Origin: Eledone cirrhosa
Lineage: Eukaryota
NCBI GenBank assembly: GCA_964016885.1
Contig: OZ024742.1
Span: forward strand, 67,456,001 to 67,520,000
Reading direction: 5' to 3'
DNA: 64,000 nucleotides
Shown: in pieces, positions 1-13,629 of the stretch
Layout: every line of letters starts with the position of its first letter
How positions within the stretch are numbered: the first letter of the stretch is position 1
The notes under the pieces: generated by a model
What the model saw: only the letters and a program-made list of their open reading frames with translations
Database searches by the model: none
Told to the model about the DNA's origin: nothing
Made by a program: the position numbers and the translations under genes

Positions 1-3000
1 GGGAGGCGGCTTGATCATTACAATAGACTCGGTGGTCAACCGGATCGGTCCCACCCTTGACAGCAGTTGTTCGACATAGCCCCACAGATCGGCTACGCCC
101 GAGCAGTGTACCAATGCGTGTGCAACGGTTTCCTCGTCGCACACGCATCTGGGACAGATCTTTTTGGCGGGGTCCCTACCCGGGCGCCCGTGTCTGTAGA
201 GCCTTTCTCGAACGGGTAAAGCCCCTCGGTAGCACTGCCAGGCCAGGGACTTCTGGAAGTTGTCCATAGGTCCCGGGCTGAATGTCCTACCGAACAGGCT
301 GGCCAGTTCGTCCTCCTCCATGTCTAGGGCTTCTCCGAGGGTGTCGTCGCACCTGCTGCGTACCAGCCCTCTATAGAATGTTGCGGTGGAGTCTCCACTG
401 ATAACCGGATCCGCCTGCCAGAGGGCGGTGAGCGCCTGGGCACACTCAGTGTGCCAGGCGCCCAGTTTTCTCGGTCTTTGCTTGACCCAGGATTGCAGCT
501 CGGTGAGTGAGACGAGTCTGGGAAAGGTTCGTCTCACAAACGAGGCCCACACCGGTTGTCCGGTGAGGAATACGTAAAGGTGCCGTAGCCTTAATGCGTG
601 TTTACGCATCATTAGCCACGGCATCCCCAGCCCTCCTTTCGAAGGGTGTTGACAGCAGATGGATCTCCTCACCATAGGAGCCCGCCTCTTCCAAAGGAAT
701 TGGAAGAGCGCGCGCTCCATCTTGGTGAGGGTTTCCCTTGGGCAGGGCACTACGGTCAGGCGGTAGTAGATGACGGACGCTATGTAAGTGTTCGCCACCT
801 CCGCCCGACCTTTCAGGGATAGTTTGCAACTGGCCCACTTCTGGGTCAGTGCAAACACCCTGTTCGTAACCTCCGCCCAGTTTTTCTCCACCTGGAGGTC
901 CGGTCCGAACCAGACCCCGAGCAACTTCACCGGGCCCTCCGTCCAGCGTCCGACGACGCCATCGGAGGGCATCGGTCTGCCCCTCCACGTGCCGAGTTGC
1001 AAACCGATCGACTTGTCCCGGTTCAGCTTAGCCCCTGTGAACTTTTCGTACTCCTCCAGTAAGGTGCCGACCGCCTCGATTTCGGAGGCCGTCGACACCA
1101 TTACTGTCACATCATCGGCGTAGGCTGACACCGCTTTCCGCAATCCCGGTTCCAAAGGGATGCCCTGCAACAACTCCAACTTCCGCAGTAGTGGCTCGAG
1201 AGTCAACACATACAGAAGGGAGGAGAGAGGGCACCCTTGTCGGATGGACCGCGCGATTTTGAACGGCTCCGAGAGGTAGCCGTTCACCTTGACCCTAGAG
1301 CAGATGCGGCTGCTGTGCATAGCAGTGATCCAGCCCCTGAAAACGGGTCCGAAGCCTGCCGCCGCTAGCACCGCATCCAGGTAACCATGGTCGACCCTAT
1401 CGAACGCCTTAGATTGATCCAAGTTGATCAGAGCCCCACCAAAGCCGGGTTCGTTCCCAACCCTCTCTATGATGTATCGCATGAGGTGGAGGTTGTCATG
1501 GATGGACCTGGACGGGATAGCGCATGTCTGCGCATCTCCCACCAGGTTGCCCACGACAAGCGCCAACCTCTTTGCTAGCACCTTGGCCAAAATCTGTAAC
1601 TCTGTATTTAGCAGTGTTATGGGCCTGAAGTTACTTATTTCGTCCCCCTTGTTCTCGTCCTTCCTCACTAGCGTGACTACGCCCTTGGTCACAGTACAGG
1701 GAATTCTCCCGTTCTGTTGCCAGTTGCAGTCGACCGCCTCGAGGAGATCGGGGAACAAGTCCGGCATAGCTAGATATAATTCGTAAGGAAGACCATCGAG
1801 ACCCGGGGATTTGCGTTTGCCGCATTGGCTCAGCACGTCCTCTATCTCAGCGGCCGAAATCGGCTCCTCGCAGGACTTCGCCTCCCTGTCCGAGAGGCGC
1901 GGCAGGCCGTCGAGGTATGGACCGAAGTCCACGTTCCCAACCGGCTCCCCGCCCCTCCCGAACAGTCAGGCAAAGTGCCTTTGAAAGGCCTCACACATCT
2001 GCTTAGGCTCAAGAATCGCCCGTCCATCCAGGTCTCGCAAAGACCGGATGGTGGATTTAGTTCCACTGTTGGCCTCTGTCACGCGGGCCCAGCTAACAGC
2101 TTTGGTCCCCTCGTTCCCTAGAGCACGTATTTTACTTCGGACAACGCAGCCTTCGTGCTTCGCGTCGAAAAACTGGCTCAAAGCCGTTCTCGACGCTAGC
2201 ACTCTGGCCACGTCGCCGCTTCTAATTGCCTCTTCTACTCTATCTATTAGCTCCCTTTCCTTCCTATTCCTATCCGCAGCTAGAACCTTACTAAATTCTA
2301 TCGAGACTACTCTAATCTCTCTCTTTAGAGATACCCACCACCTGCTGTTGACGATCGCTCCAGTCAACCGTTCCTTAACTAACGTACTAATCCGATTCCT
2401 GTAGGCTCTACTTGCCGGCAAGGACAAGTTGAGCTTCCAGTAACCGGGGCCCTGTCTATGGGTTCTGTCAAGGTTGACCATGCAGGTCACTAATTTGTGG
2501 TCTGAATAGCCAACCATGCGCATTTTTGGACAACTTAAAAAGTCCTTATCCTTAATTCTAACTAAGAACCTATCTAGGTACGACCTAGATGATCCACTAC
2601 GATTTGCCCAAGTCCAGGTTGGCGCAGTCGGAAAATCTAGTCGATATCTATCGGCCAGGTCAAATCGACCGATTAACCCTTTGAGGCTATTACACCCCTC
2701 TCTATCGGGGCAGGCCCCTACGTAGTCCCAGCGTGCATCTAGGATACCATTCCAGTCCCCCACTAATAGCAAGGAGCGGGACGTCCCTAGAAAAGTCTCC
2801 AGACGATGGAAGAAGTCCGGCCGCATTGACCCGAAAGGGCCGTAGGCGGCTACCAACCTAAACGCTCCGCCTTTACCACTGCCAAGGTCCAGAACCACTA
2901 GTCGACCCTCCGGGTCCAAATGTACCATCTGTGTTGCGAGACCCAGATGTTTTTGCAGCAGAACGACAACTCCACCCCCACCTCCGGGCTGACAGAGAGA

Positions 3001-3201
3001 TGCGTGCATCTCAAAGTCATCAAAGGTGGGGGCCAGCTGTCGCACGTTGCTGATCCGGGCCTCGCAAATAACCATCACATCTATACGTTGTGACCTGAGG
3101 TCATTTAGAAGCATTGCTTGCTTCCAAGTTGAGCCCAGGCCACGCGCATTTAAACAGCCTACTCTTAGCATAGCCGTGTTGGTGGTGAAGAGAAAAGGCA
3201 C
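1..3201 (-). pseudogene. LINE ORF2 (APE endonuclease + reverse transcriptase), disrupted
   Basis: LNARGL, VGDWN, SYLDRF, SDHK, GPGYWKLN in ORF 1966-3201; other frames give LDQSKAFDRVDH (~1385-1420), SIRQGCPLS (~1225-1250), AYADD (~1110-1125). Confidence 0.9.
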
Positions 3202-3499
3202 TTACCTCTCTGCGTCCCGGGTATCGGACTGCACAATTTCCATTAGGGTGGGGGATGGGTTGTTGGGTGGGGTGGTGGTTTGTGGAAGTGTGGGGGCATC
3301 AGTGTGTTGTGTGGTTGGGGAGTTTGGAGTTGTGTGGGTGTTTGGGGAGGGGGTGGGATAGTTTTTTAGGAGGACGCGGTTAATGGGCCCGACGCAGGGG
3401 GGACCCACGTCCTCTTTAAAATTGTTTTTTAAAGTTTTATAGGTGTCCTGTGGGGCCTTAATCATTTTGAGGTGGGGGAAATCCCCTGCCTGGGTGAAG

Positions 3500-4997
3500 T
3501 TAGGCCCTTGTGTTTTTATTAGATTGTTGTTGTACACAATGTTTAACAGTTTTTTGTTTCTTGTATTTATGTATGTGTATGCATGTTTTTGTTTTTGTGT
3601 GGTGTTTTTTGTTTGCTGTTGTTGTGAGCTCTTTTGTGTTGGTGTCAGTGTTATATTTTGGGGGGGGGGGGGGTTTCATTTGTGTGTCTGAGGTGTGTTT
3701 TCTTTTTTTTCTTTTGATTGTGTGGAAGTGCTCCTCCTCGTCTGACGACGAACTAGGGTCATCTTCCGCGTTGGAGGGGAGGGGTATATTTTCGGGTTGT
3801 GTTTGCGGTACGGGTGTTTTGGAAATTGTTTTTGTTTTTTGAGTGGAGGGGATGGGTTGGACATTGTTTTGTTTTGGTTTCAGCTGTGGTGGTTGTTTTT
3901 GTAGTGGTAGTTGTGGTGATTGTGTTGGTTGTGCAGTTGTTGGTGGTGTAGGCAGGATTGGGGTTTTCTTATTAAGTTGGGGACAGACAGCCCTCAGGTG
4001 ACCTCTGGTTCCGCAGAGGTAACACGAGGGCCGTCTACCCTCAACGGTAATGTTGATGAAGGTTAGATCATCCAGTATGACGCGTTCAGGGATCTGGGCG
4101 ATCCTTTCGGGCCTCATTTGAACTACAAGTTCGAGGCTCGTTCCACTGAACGCGTCACCCGATGCCTTTCCCATGGACACCAGCATGTCATCCTCCAGGT
4201 CCAGAAAACCTGTCAAAACCCACCATATGTCCATAATCGGCAGGATGGTGTGGATTTTTATTTTTTGTGTTCTTCTACCCATGTACGTAGGGTAGAAGGT
4301 GTATGCGGTGGATGTGATTGGTTTGATGGACAGTTTCACTGCTGTGTCCCTGTCCTTCATGAGAATGGATAGACTCCCGTAGAGTCTATCCTTCTGAATG
4401 AAGGTGATGTCCTTCATGACGTCTTTTAAAACCAGCTCTATCTCGCTCTGTGATGGTTGAGCTGGTTTTTTACTTTTGTTCGAGATTGTCCTCAACATGA
4501 CCGTGTTTAGGAGTCTCTGGCTTTTTAGTTCCGGGGGGGGAATGGATTGTGAATGAACCATTTTCCCCGTACACTATATATTTTTTCGCATCCGCCAGTA
4601 GTTCCTTCGCTTTTGTTATATCTACTGGCAGATAGTCGAGGGTTTTCCTTGTCGTCTCGGCGAAGGAGAAATTTTGTTTGTTTGTGTTGTTGTTGTCGTT
4701 GGTGGTGTTGTTGTTATCATTGTTGTTGTTGTCACCGTTATTGGTCTTGTTGTTGTTGTTATTGTTATTGTTATTGGTGTTGTTTTCGTTCGTCGCATTG
4801 TTGTTGTTGTTGCTGTTGCTGCTGGTTCTTTGGGTTGTTGCCATGGCAACGTCAAGTTGTCGGTTAACAGGTGGAGAGAATTCTTCCTCTGGCTGACCTT
4901 TCTTCTTGACCTCTGCTACTGTGACAGTGGAAGGGGGAAGCTGTAAGTTCATCTTCCTCTTTCCTCCTTCGAATTTTGGTGAAGAAGCTTCGGCCAT
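3500..4997 (-). pseudogene. LINE ORF1 (gag-like), split by a frameshift into 4470-4997 and 3500-4561
   Basis: CYLCGTRGHLRAVC zinc knuckle preceded by VEGRRP; N-terminal poly-Asn; basic/acidic C-terminal tail. Confidence 0.8.
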
Positions 4998-5527
4998 TTA
5001 AAAAAATATTGACTTTTCAACAAGAAAAAACTTCTTTTTTTTTGTTTAACTATTTCGCCTAAAGGCGTAGAATATTTTGAGAGACTGACCAGATCAAAGT
5101 TTGACCTGGCAGTCCCTCTACAAAATGGTACAAAAATTAAAGTTATCAGACAAGAATTTCTATAGAAATTTAAACAGAACTTACTCAGCAAGTTATACGC
5201 GTGTGTCCATCCCAGAGATAGATAGATAGATAGATAGATACATATATATGTGCGTGTGTGTGCGTGCGTATGCATGTGTGAGAGTGTGTGCCTGTGTCTT
5301 TCTTTATGCAGAGGCAAATAGAGTATTGTACATGTCTATACAAATTTACACATGGAGTATTTAGATATAAAAATGCCAGACTCATTTATTTACAGGAAAA
5401 TTGAACGAATAATAAGCAGCTCTATAAGATTTTCGAAATGTTGGGCTTCTCAACAGAAGTTATATATACCAGCTAAATAACCCCAAGAAAATGCATATCT
5501 AGATGTGAATGATGCATGTAAATTCAT

Positions 5528-5609
5528 TTATCTGGAGAGGTGTCAAAGAAGATCGGATTTCGATCGCCAGGATTACACTCGAGCCGATCGATATTAAAAC
5601 AATTGTAAT
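5528..5609 (+). ncRNA. Decayed type-I hammerhead-like motif
   Basis: tat-CTGGAGA-stem II (ggtgtc..gatcgg/ccgatc.gatatt)-AAAA-caattg-TA-ata; both core segments mutated. Confidence 0.35.
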
Positions 5610-5664
5610 ACGCGAATAATGTTTCCCTATATGCTGCAAATTTGACTTCAATGAGGTTCACTAT

Positions 5665-5698
<34 letters not shown>

Positions 5699-5732
5699 TT
5701 GTATATATATATATATACCGTGTATATAATAA

Positions 5733-5792
<60 letters not shown>

Positions 5793-5821
5793 ATATATAT
5801 ATTATACCGTGTATATAATAA

Positions 5822-5872
<51 letters not shown>

Positions 5873-5929
5873 TATAAGTATATAAGTATATAAGTATATA
5901 TATAAGTATATAAGTATATATATATATAA

Positions 5930-5991
<62 letters not shown>

Positions 5992-6248
5992 TTGCGAGGT
6001 TTTTTATATGAAATCGTGTGTCCAGACAAATATTTTTCTACTTGGGGAGGGTCATATTTGTGTAATATTGCCAGAATTAATAACAGAACACACTCACTGT
6101 TTGGTTGGTTTTCGCTTTTCGCTTCTGTGTCTTTTATATCGGTAATCTAATATAATATAATATACTCGGTCCTCAATGTTGCCATTGACTGACCGACGGT
6201 CAAAAATAATACAGATACAATATAGACACAAACACATATATATAGTTT

Positions 6249-6290
6249 ATCATAAATCTTTCGTTGCACATCTGCAACATCGTCAGTGGT
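6249..6290 (-). ncRNA. Minimal hammerhead ribozyme in PLE-A pLTR
   Basis: Reverse complement of 11947-11988. Confidence 0.7.
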
Positions 6291-6605
6291 TCTATTGTTT
6301 CCTCCTGTTGAATTGTATGGCTACGCCATTTTTATTCAGTCTGTTTATATATTTATTTATTTATTTGCTTGTTTGTTTATTTTATTTTGTCTTCTTTGCG
6401 CATGCGTTTGCGTGTGTGTATAGTGTTTTGTTTGATGTGTGATGTGTGTTCGTGATTGGGTGACTAATGTGTGTTTATGTGTTTGTTGTTATAGTGCTTG
6501 TGTATGTATTTATTTATTTATTTATTTATTTTATTTTATTTTATTTTATTTACTTATTTATACTTCTCTTAGGTCAGTGTTGTTTGTTTGGGTGTTGTTG
6601 TTATT

Positions 6606-9435
6606 TCATTCATTCTTTCTGTTTAGTCTTGGTCTTCTAATTTCTATTTCACTGGCCTCTCTGATTTGCCTATCTGCTGGGTAATTTCTATGTTTAGATA
6701 TTATTCTAATTTCTATGTTGTCTATGTTACCGTCATGTTGTTGTCTGGCATGTTGGTATAGTACTGAACCGTTATTTCGTCCTTTTAGTTCCCCCCAGTG
6801 TTGGTCTATCCTTTCACCTATGCTACGAGCTGTCTCACCTATGTATGTTGTTGTCATGTTTCTGCAGGTACCCTCTGTACATCTCATGCTATAGACTACG
6901 TTTCTAGTTTTACAGTTTATCCGGGGGTTTACCTTACATATGATACATTTCCTATTGGTACAGTGGGTTTTCTTAAAAGGGTAGGTTTTGCTGATCAGGG
7001 ATTTTATGGTGGTTCCTGGCTTTTCTACCACCTTAATTTTTAAGTGGGTCTTTCTCAGGGCCTATTTACACTGGTTAGCTAATTTCCCTCCAGGGGTAGC
7101 GTCCACAAACATGACACTCTGGTATATCTGGTTGTCGTACCAATTGGTGGCTTTCCCTATCTTATGTCTAGCCCTATCTAAGCTATTCCATGATTTGCTC
7201 CTGTATAATGGGCAAATTCCTTTCATGTCCAGTTCTATGAGGGTCTTATACTTCTCCAAGGCTCCTTCGTATACTCTGACTCTGTCTCTTTGGTTGTAGC
7301 CAGAGAACTGCATGCGGTTGATGAAGTGTTGGATGTGTATTTCCATTTCTGTTGGGTCGCAAATGCGGGATACATTCTTCATCACTCGTACCAAATCTGC
7401 GATCAAAATATTAAACTTAGCACTACTGGACATTGCTGAGTTTTTGAGTATCAGGTATTTGGAGGCCATGGGTTTAGTATAGTGTGAGTGGAGAATTTGG
7501 GCTATCTCATCTAAAGTGTTAATCCAGAGTTCTGTGTCTAATACAGGTAGTCTATTGTTAGGGTGTTTGGAACGGAAGTCGATAGTTACAGTTATACTCT
7601 GGTGTATGGAATTAGCTATCTGCTGGATGCTTTCCATTGTGCTACGTTCTAAATCAAACTTGTTAGTGCTCTCTCTCTAGTGGGGATGTTCTTATAACTA
7701 TATTGATATCGTCTACATAACGAGAGTACATGATGAGGTCTATGGAGCTCTCATTAAGGAGATATTTAAGTCTACTTTCCCACCATACCATGAAAAGGTT
7801 GGCAACATCACCAGCTATGCTGACGCCAATGGCTGCTCCTTCATTCTGGGTGTAGATCTTCTCGTTGAACTTAAATATGTGGCCCTTGAGGGTAGTTTTG
7901 ATACTAGCCCCTATTGCATGTGCGACCATTTTTCTTACCTGATCATTGTTTTGGGGGGTCCGTATAGCTTTGGTCCACCCAATCCACCTTCCCATGGGAG
8001 TCTTTTTTGCCATTAAGGTTATGGTCGGGGGTCTACCCCTTATGGGTATACTAGGGCAGAAACGTCCAAGGTCGTAGCTGTCTAGGTAGTCAGTGTCGTA
8101 GGTAAGTCTAAGTAGGAGGCCCAGTTTGTCTGTGTCGATGTTGCAGAACTCCACCTCTCTCTCAATGATCATCTCCACACATCTTTTCACAGCAAAATCA
8201 ATGTTAATGGATGGGTACAGTGACACCACATCCATGCAGCCTATTATGCAGTTGGATAGGTTCCTGTTTTTGTTGCACTCACTGATTCTGCTGAGGAGGT
8301 CCTCTGTACTGTCACATACATCCGGGGACATCTTGATTATGGGGCGTATAACCATGGAGAGGAAGTAGTAGATCCTGTAGTTACTAGCTACATTAGCTCC
8401 GCATACGGGTCTTGTTGGTGGTCCTGTTGTCGGGTCGTCGACTGTCTTGTGGTCTTTGCGGAGCCCATAAAAGGGTGGTATGCCATTGTTAGACGCCTGG
8501 AAGTTGTTCACAGTGCGTCTGCTTGGCTTTAGGATATCAGTCCACATCATCATGTGAGCGTTGAGGATTTTCTCTCTCCCATCGTGTGTTTGTTGTGCAA
8601 TTTCGCTCGTGTTGGTGATGTGGGATTGCATAGCCTTGATGTAGTTCGGCAGGCTATCTATTGACATCCTACCAGACTTATCCGTGGGTAGACATACTGC
8701 CTCACCATCCCTTGTGCGCTGCTTGAGGCTAACCAAGCCTTCTACAGGTTTCCTCCCAAGTTGTTGGGACTCTGGTCTGCTCTGTCTCTCAGTATACCTG
8801 TCTACTATTTGTCTAATCTTATTTCTAGCTATGGTGAACTGTGCCTCTGTCTCGTTATCTATTTGTTGTGGTATGCAAACTCTTTTATTAAAGCGTAACC
8901 TCGTAGGATAGATATTACCCATCTTATATGTTTTGTCAGCTGGGTTGAAAAATAGTTTCTCTAAGGAGTTGTCATTATATCTATCGTCATAGTTGTGTGT
9001 GTTGCTATTATTGTTATCATGGTGGTTGTTGTTGTTCCTATCATTAGCATTATTATTATTGTAATGATTGCTAGATGTATTGTTGGTTACTTCACCGTTA
9101 TTGTTGTTGTTACTGTTATTTCTACCGTTGTGGTTGTTACTATTATTATGTTTCTTGTTTTTGTTGTGTCTATCATTAATGTTGCTACATGTATTATTTC
9201 CATTATTACCACTGTGGTTATTGTTGTTGTTGTTCGTATTGTTACCGTTATTACTACTGTGGTTGCTGCTGCTGTGTCTGTGGTTAATGTTTCTATTATT
9301 ATTGTGGTTGTTGTTGTTCTGTCTATCGTTAGTATTATTACCCTTATTACTATTTCTCACTTTCCTGTTATTTTTATTGTTATGGCTGTTATTTCTATAC
9401 TCAGAGTTATTGTTTATATTACTACTACCGTTATT

Positions 9436-9490
<55 letters not shown>

Positions 9491-10210
9491 GTTGTTGTTG
9501 TTGTTGTTTACCTTTGCATTCCAACGTATTTTTGTGAAACACTTTTCCAGCCCCGTTTTGCACTCCATAGGGTTAATCTTCTTGTAGATGGCAAATTTTG
9601 GTGGTAGCTGCAGGATTTGTTGTTCTTGTTCACTGATTAAAGTGTTCCCATAAATATTTACTGTGTGGTCATTGGTAAATTCTTCCGGTAGTTTTATATC
9701 AGTCATGCGGATATTGTCGATGTTATCTGGATATTTTTGAGAATATTCTATTTTCCTTTCTAGTAGTTTTTTTCTTATTCATCCATTCTAATTTCTTATT
9801 GAAGTGCCTATTGCATTGGTTTCGGGCGTATTTCGTTTCACGTCGGATGACGCTCATGAAGTTATCCCTCTCGTTTGGTGTGGTGAGATTTCGGACTTCC
9901 TTACCGTTAATGCGTTTCTGTCTGTAAAGTTCGTTGACTTTTGTGTATGTTGTTCTTTTCATATTAACTGTTATTGTGTGTTTTAGTCGTTCAGCTTGTG
10001 TTTTGTTCAATAATAAATTATTTACTTGTTTTGATATGTTTGTTGTGTATATTTTGGAGGAAACACAGTGTTTTAAGAAGCGGATTTGATCTGTTGTTAT
10101 TGTAGTTTTTATATAACAGAAATAACCTTTCAGCTTGGCACAAGCTAATGCCATAACGGCGATGAATTAGTTTTGCGAAGTTTTTTATATGAAATCGTGT
10201 GTCGAAACAC
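6606..10210 (-). pseudogene. PLE polyprotein (N-terminus, RT, thumb, Cys linker, GIY-YIG endonuclease), with stops and frameshifts
   Basis: PTDKSG, TRPVCG, MDVVSLYPSI, GAAIGVSIAG, RYVDDI, LPVLD, CTNRKCIIC linker, NVVY..C..YIGETARS..ERI..H. Confidence 0.9.
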
Positions 10211-10591
10211 ATAACCTCAATGGCAAAAAAGACTCCCATGGGAAGGTGGATTGGGTGGACCAAAGCTATACGGACCCCTGAAAACAATGATCAGGTAAGA
10301 AAAATGGTCGCACATGCAATAGGGGCTAGTATCAAAACTACCCTCAAGGGCCACATATTTAAGTTCAACGAGAAGATCTACTCCCAAAATGAAGGAGCAG
10401 CCATTGGCGTCAGCATAGCTGGTGATGTTGCCAACCTTTTCATGGTATGGTGAGAAAGTAGACTTAAAGATCTCCTTAATAAGAGCTCCATAGACCTCAT
10501 CATATACTCTCGTTATGTAGACGATATCAATATAGTTATAAGAACATCCCCACTAGAGGGCACTAACAAGTTTGATTTAGAACGTAGCACA

Positions 10592-11668
10592 ATGGAAAGC
10601 ATCCAGCAGATAGCTAATTCCATACACCAGAGTATAACTGTAACTATCGACTTCCGTTCCAAACACCCTAACAATAGACTACCTGTATTAGACACAGAAC
10701 TCTGGATTAACACTATAGATGAGATAGCCCAAATTCTCCACTCACACTATGCTAAACCCATGGCCTCCAAATACCTGATGCTCAAAAACTCAGCAATGTC
10801 CAGTAGTGCTAAGTTTAATATTCTGATCGCAGATTTGGTACGAGTGATGAAGAATGTGTCCCGCATGTGCGACCCAACAGAAATGGAAAGACACATCCAA
10901 CACTTCATCATCCGCATGCAGTTCTCTGGCTACAACCAAAGAGACAGAGTCAGAGTACACGAAGGAGCCATGGAGAAGTATAAGACCCTCATAGAACTGG
11001 ACATGAAAGGAATTTGCCCATTATACAGGAGCAAATCATGGAATAGCTTAGATAGGGCTAGACATAAGATAGGTAAAGCCACCTCATGGTACGACAACCA
11101 GAGATACCAGAGTGTCATGTTTGTGGACGCTACCCCTGGAGGGAAATTAGCTAACCAGTGTAAAAAGGCCCTGAGAAAGACCCACTTAAAAATTAAGGTG
11201 GTAGAAAAGACAGGAACCACCATAAAATCCCTGATCAACAAAACCTACCCTTTTAAGAAAACCCACTGTACCAATAGGAAATGTATCATATGTAAGGTAA
11301 ACCCCCGGATAAACTGTAAAACTAGAAACGTAGTCTATAGCATAATATGTACAGAGGGTACCTGCAGAAACATGACAACAACATACAGAGGTGAGACAGC
11401 TCGTAGCATTGGTGAAAGGATAGACCAACACTGGGGGGAACTAAAAGGACGAAAAAAAGGTTCTGTACTATACCAACATGCCAGACAACAACATGACGGT
11501 AACCTAGACAACATAGAAATTAGAATAATATCTAGACATAGAAATTACCCAGCAGATAGGCAAATCAGAGAGGCCAGTGAAATAGAAATTAGAAGACCAA
11601 GACTAAACAGAAATAATGAATGGAATAACAACACCCAAACAAACAACACTGACCTAAGAGAAGTATAA
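10592..11668 (+). CDS. PLE C-terminal ORF (RT thumb + GIY-YIG) in the inverted arm; 5'-truncated
   Basis: 358-aa ORF nearly identical to the minus-strand fragments; YIG reads YRG; upstream RT fragment 10211-10590 has a stop. Confidence 0.8.
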   Translation: MESIQQIANSIHQSITVTIDFRSKHPNNRLPVLDTELWINTIDEIAQILHSHYAKPMASKYLMLKNSAMSSSAKFNILIADLVRVMKNVSRMCDPTEMERHIQHFIIRMQFSGYNQRDRVRVHEGAMEKYKTLIELDMKGICPLYRSKSWNSLDRARHKIGKATSWYDNQRYQSVMFVDATPGGKLANQCKKALRKTHLKIKVVEKTGTTIKSLINKTYPFKKTHCTNRKCIICKVNPRINCKTRNVVYSIICTEGTCRNMTTTYRGETARSIGERIDQHWGELKGRKKGSVLYQHARQQHDGNLDNIEIRIISRHRNYPADRQIREASEIEIRRPRLNRNNEWNNNTQTNNTDLREV

Positions 11669-11692
11669 ATAAGTAAATAAAATAAAATAAAA

Positions 11693-11731
<39 letters not shown>

Positions 11732-11946
11732 ATACACAAGCACAATAACAACAAACACATAAACACACATTAGTCACCCAATCACGAACACACATCACAC
11801 ATCAAACAAAACACTATACACACACGCAAACGCCTGCGCAAAGAAGACACAATAAAATAAACAAACAAGCAAATAAATAAATAAATATATAGACAGACTG
11901 AATAAAAATGGCGTAGCCATACAATTCAACAGGAGGAAACAATAGA

Positions 11947-11988
11947 ACCACTGACGATGTTGCAGATGTGCAACGAAAGATTTATGAT
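11947..11988 (+). ncRNA. Minimal hammerhead ribozyme in PLE-A pLTR
   Basis: acca-CTGACGA-t-GTTGCA gatg TGCAAC-GAAA-gatt-TA-tgat; stem I weak. Confidence 0.7.
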
Positions 11989-12227
11989 AAACTATATATA
12001 TGTGTTTGTGTCTATATTGTACCTGTATTATTTTTGACCGTCGGTCAGTCAATGGCAACATTGAGGACCGAGTATATTATATTATATTAGATTACCGATA
12101 TAAAAGACACAGAAGCGAAAAGCGAAAACCAACCAAACAGTGAGTGTGTTCTGTTATTAATTCTGGCAATATTACACAAATATGACCCTCCCCAAGTATA
12201 ACAATATATATATATATATATATATAT

Positions 12228-12749
12228 AGTGTATTTTGCAATACACTGTATGCTTAATTAAAAGCATTTCGAACACCTTACGCTATTGTTTTAGAGTAGT
12301 GACAGTCTCACTTACTTTAAATTTTTAGTAAACAGGGGAGATAAAGCTGACAGATCTCTGTTTCGTACTTTTTGGTACTTATAAAAGCTAACTACTCCAC
12401 CTGTTTGCTGAAAATCATGAATGTTTGATTCTTATAGAATTCTAGTAATAATCAGGAACTGATTATACAGAGCGGTTGCCTGATTATTACTAGAATTCTA
12501 TAAGAATCAAACATTCATGAATTTCTGCAAACAGGTGGAGTACTTAACTTTGATAAGTACCAAAAAGTACGAAACAGATCTCTCTCAGCTTTATCTCCCC
12601 TGTTTGCTGAAAATTTAAATTAAGTGAGACTGTGACTACTCTAAAACAATAGCGTAAGGTCTTCGAAATGCTTTTAATTAAGCATACAGTGTATTGCAAA
12701 ATACACTATATATACATTCTTATATATATCGCTATTTCAAAGCACCAAT

Positions 12750-12752
<3 letters not shown>
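12228..12752. mobile_element. Fold-back retrozyme-like element, ~320-nt family (U3-A8 HHR)
   Basis: Arms 12228-12456 and 12479-12710 are inverted; HHR motifs at 12345-12389 (-) and 12546-12590 (+); homologous to 36644-37258 and 53454-53962. Confidence 0.8.
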
Positions 12753-12823
<71 letters not shown>

Positions 12824-13629
12824 GTGTAGATAATAAGTCTCTTATACCTTGAAGGTTACGTTATAACAGCGCAAGAATAAACCGGTTTAAGCAATCCGAA
12901 CCCACTTCACGTTATTAATGTATCTCTAGTGAAAATTTTGTGATTAGGTGCGACGGAGTTTCCGTTTAAGCATTGTTGTTAAGACATGATTAGTTTTATA
13001 TAAATGTTTCATTGCAGAATATATATTTCAGTGACAAGTTTATGTAAGGGTTATATCATTGACAGTCAGTCTGCATTTGACATTATCAGATGCTCATACA
13101 ATTACGAGGCGTAGTTATGCAAATATGCTTCTATGCTGCTTGTCATGTATTCCCATGCTGTGGTGATGCGAGCGAACATTTGAGATACTGAGTCTCGTTC
13201 CAAGTTAATGTCTAGTGGCAGCTGTATCTGCGCTTTAATTGGTGAAATTTGGAGGCTCTGTGAAAGTGTCCTTAATGCCAATGTTGACAAATTCTTCCTT
13301 CTAGTTGACGTAGTCTGTTTAGTCTCTAGTCTCTCGTTTATATGTTGAATCAGCCGCCAGTCCTGTCTCGGCATCTTCCATTTATCGCCGTCCTTTTTAT
13401 CACTACAACGCCGCCGTCGCTGTGCCAACAAGAGCTACAGTGAGTCCAACCCAAACTACTTCGCCAACAATAAGTATGTTGAGGATTGCTTTGATGAGAG
13501 TGATAAATCCACCACCACCACCACCAACAATTACAACGACAACAACAACAACAATAACTATAATAGTAATAATAATAAAACATCAAAGAAGATATAGGGT
13601 CGATAAAGTGTGTGTTTTTTTCTCTTCTC

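Larger units (their letters stand above)
1..5100 (-). mobile_element. Tx1/L1-clade non-LTR retrotransposon, two ORFs, frameshifted, 3' part runs off the window
   Basis: ORF1 with CCHC knuckle, ORF2 with APE endonuclease then RT motifs; GC-rich relative to flanks; 5' boundary approximate. Confidence 0.9.
5988..12205. mobile_element. Penelope-like element family A: near full-length minus copy (5988-10210) plus inverted 3' duplicate on plus (10211-12205)
   Basis: ~6040-8022 is the reverse complement of ~10211-12200; RT and GIY-YIG ORFs; (TA)n on both flanks. Confidence 0.93.
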
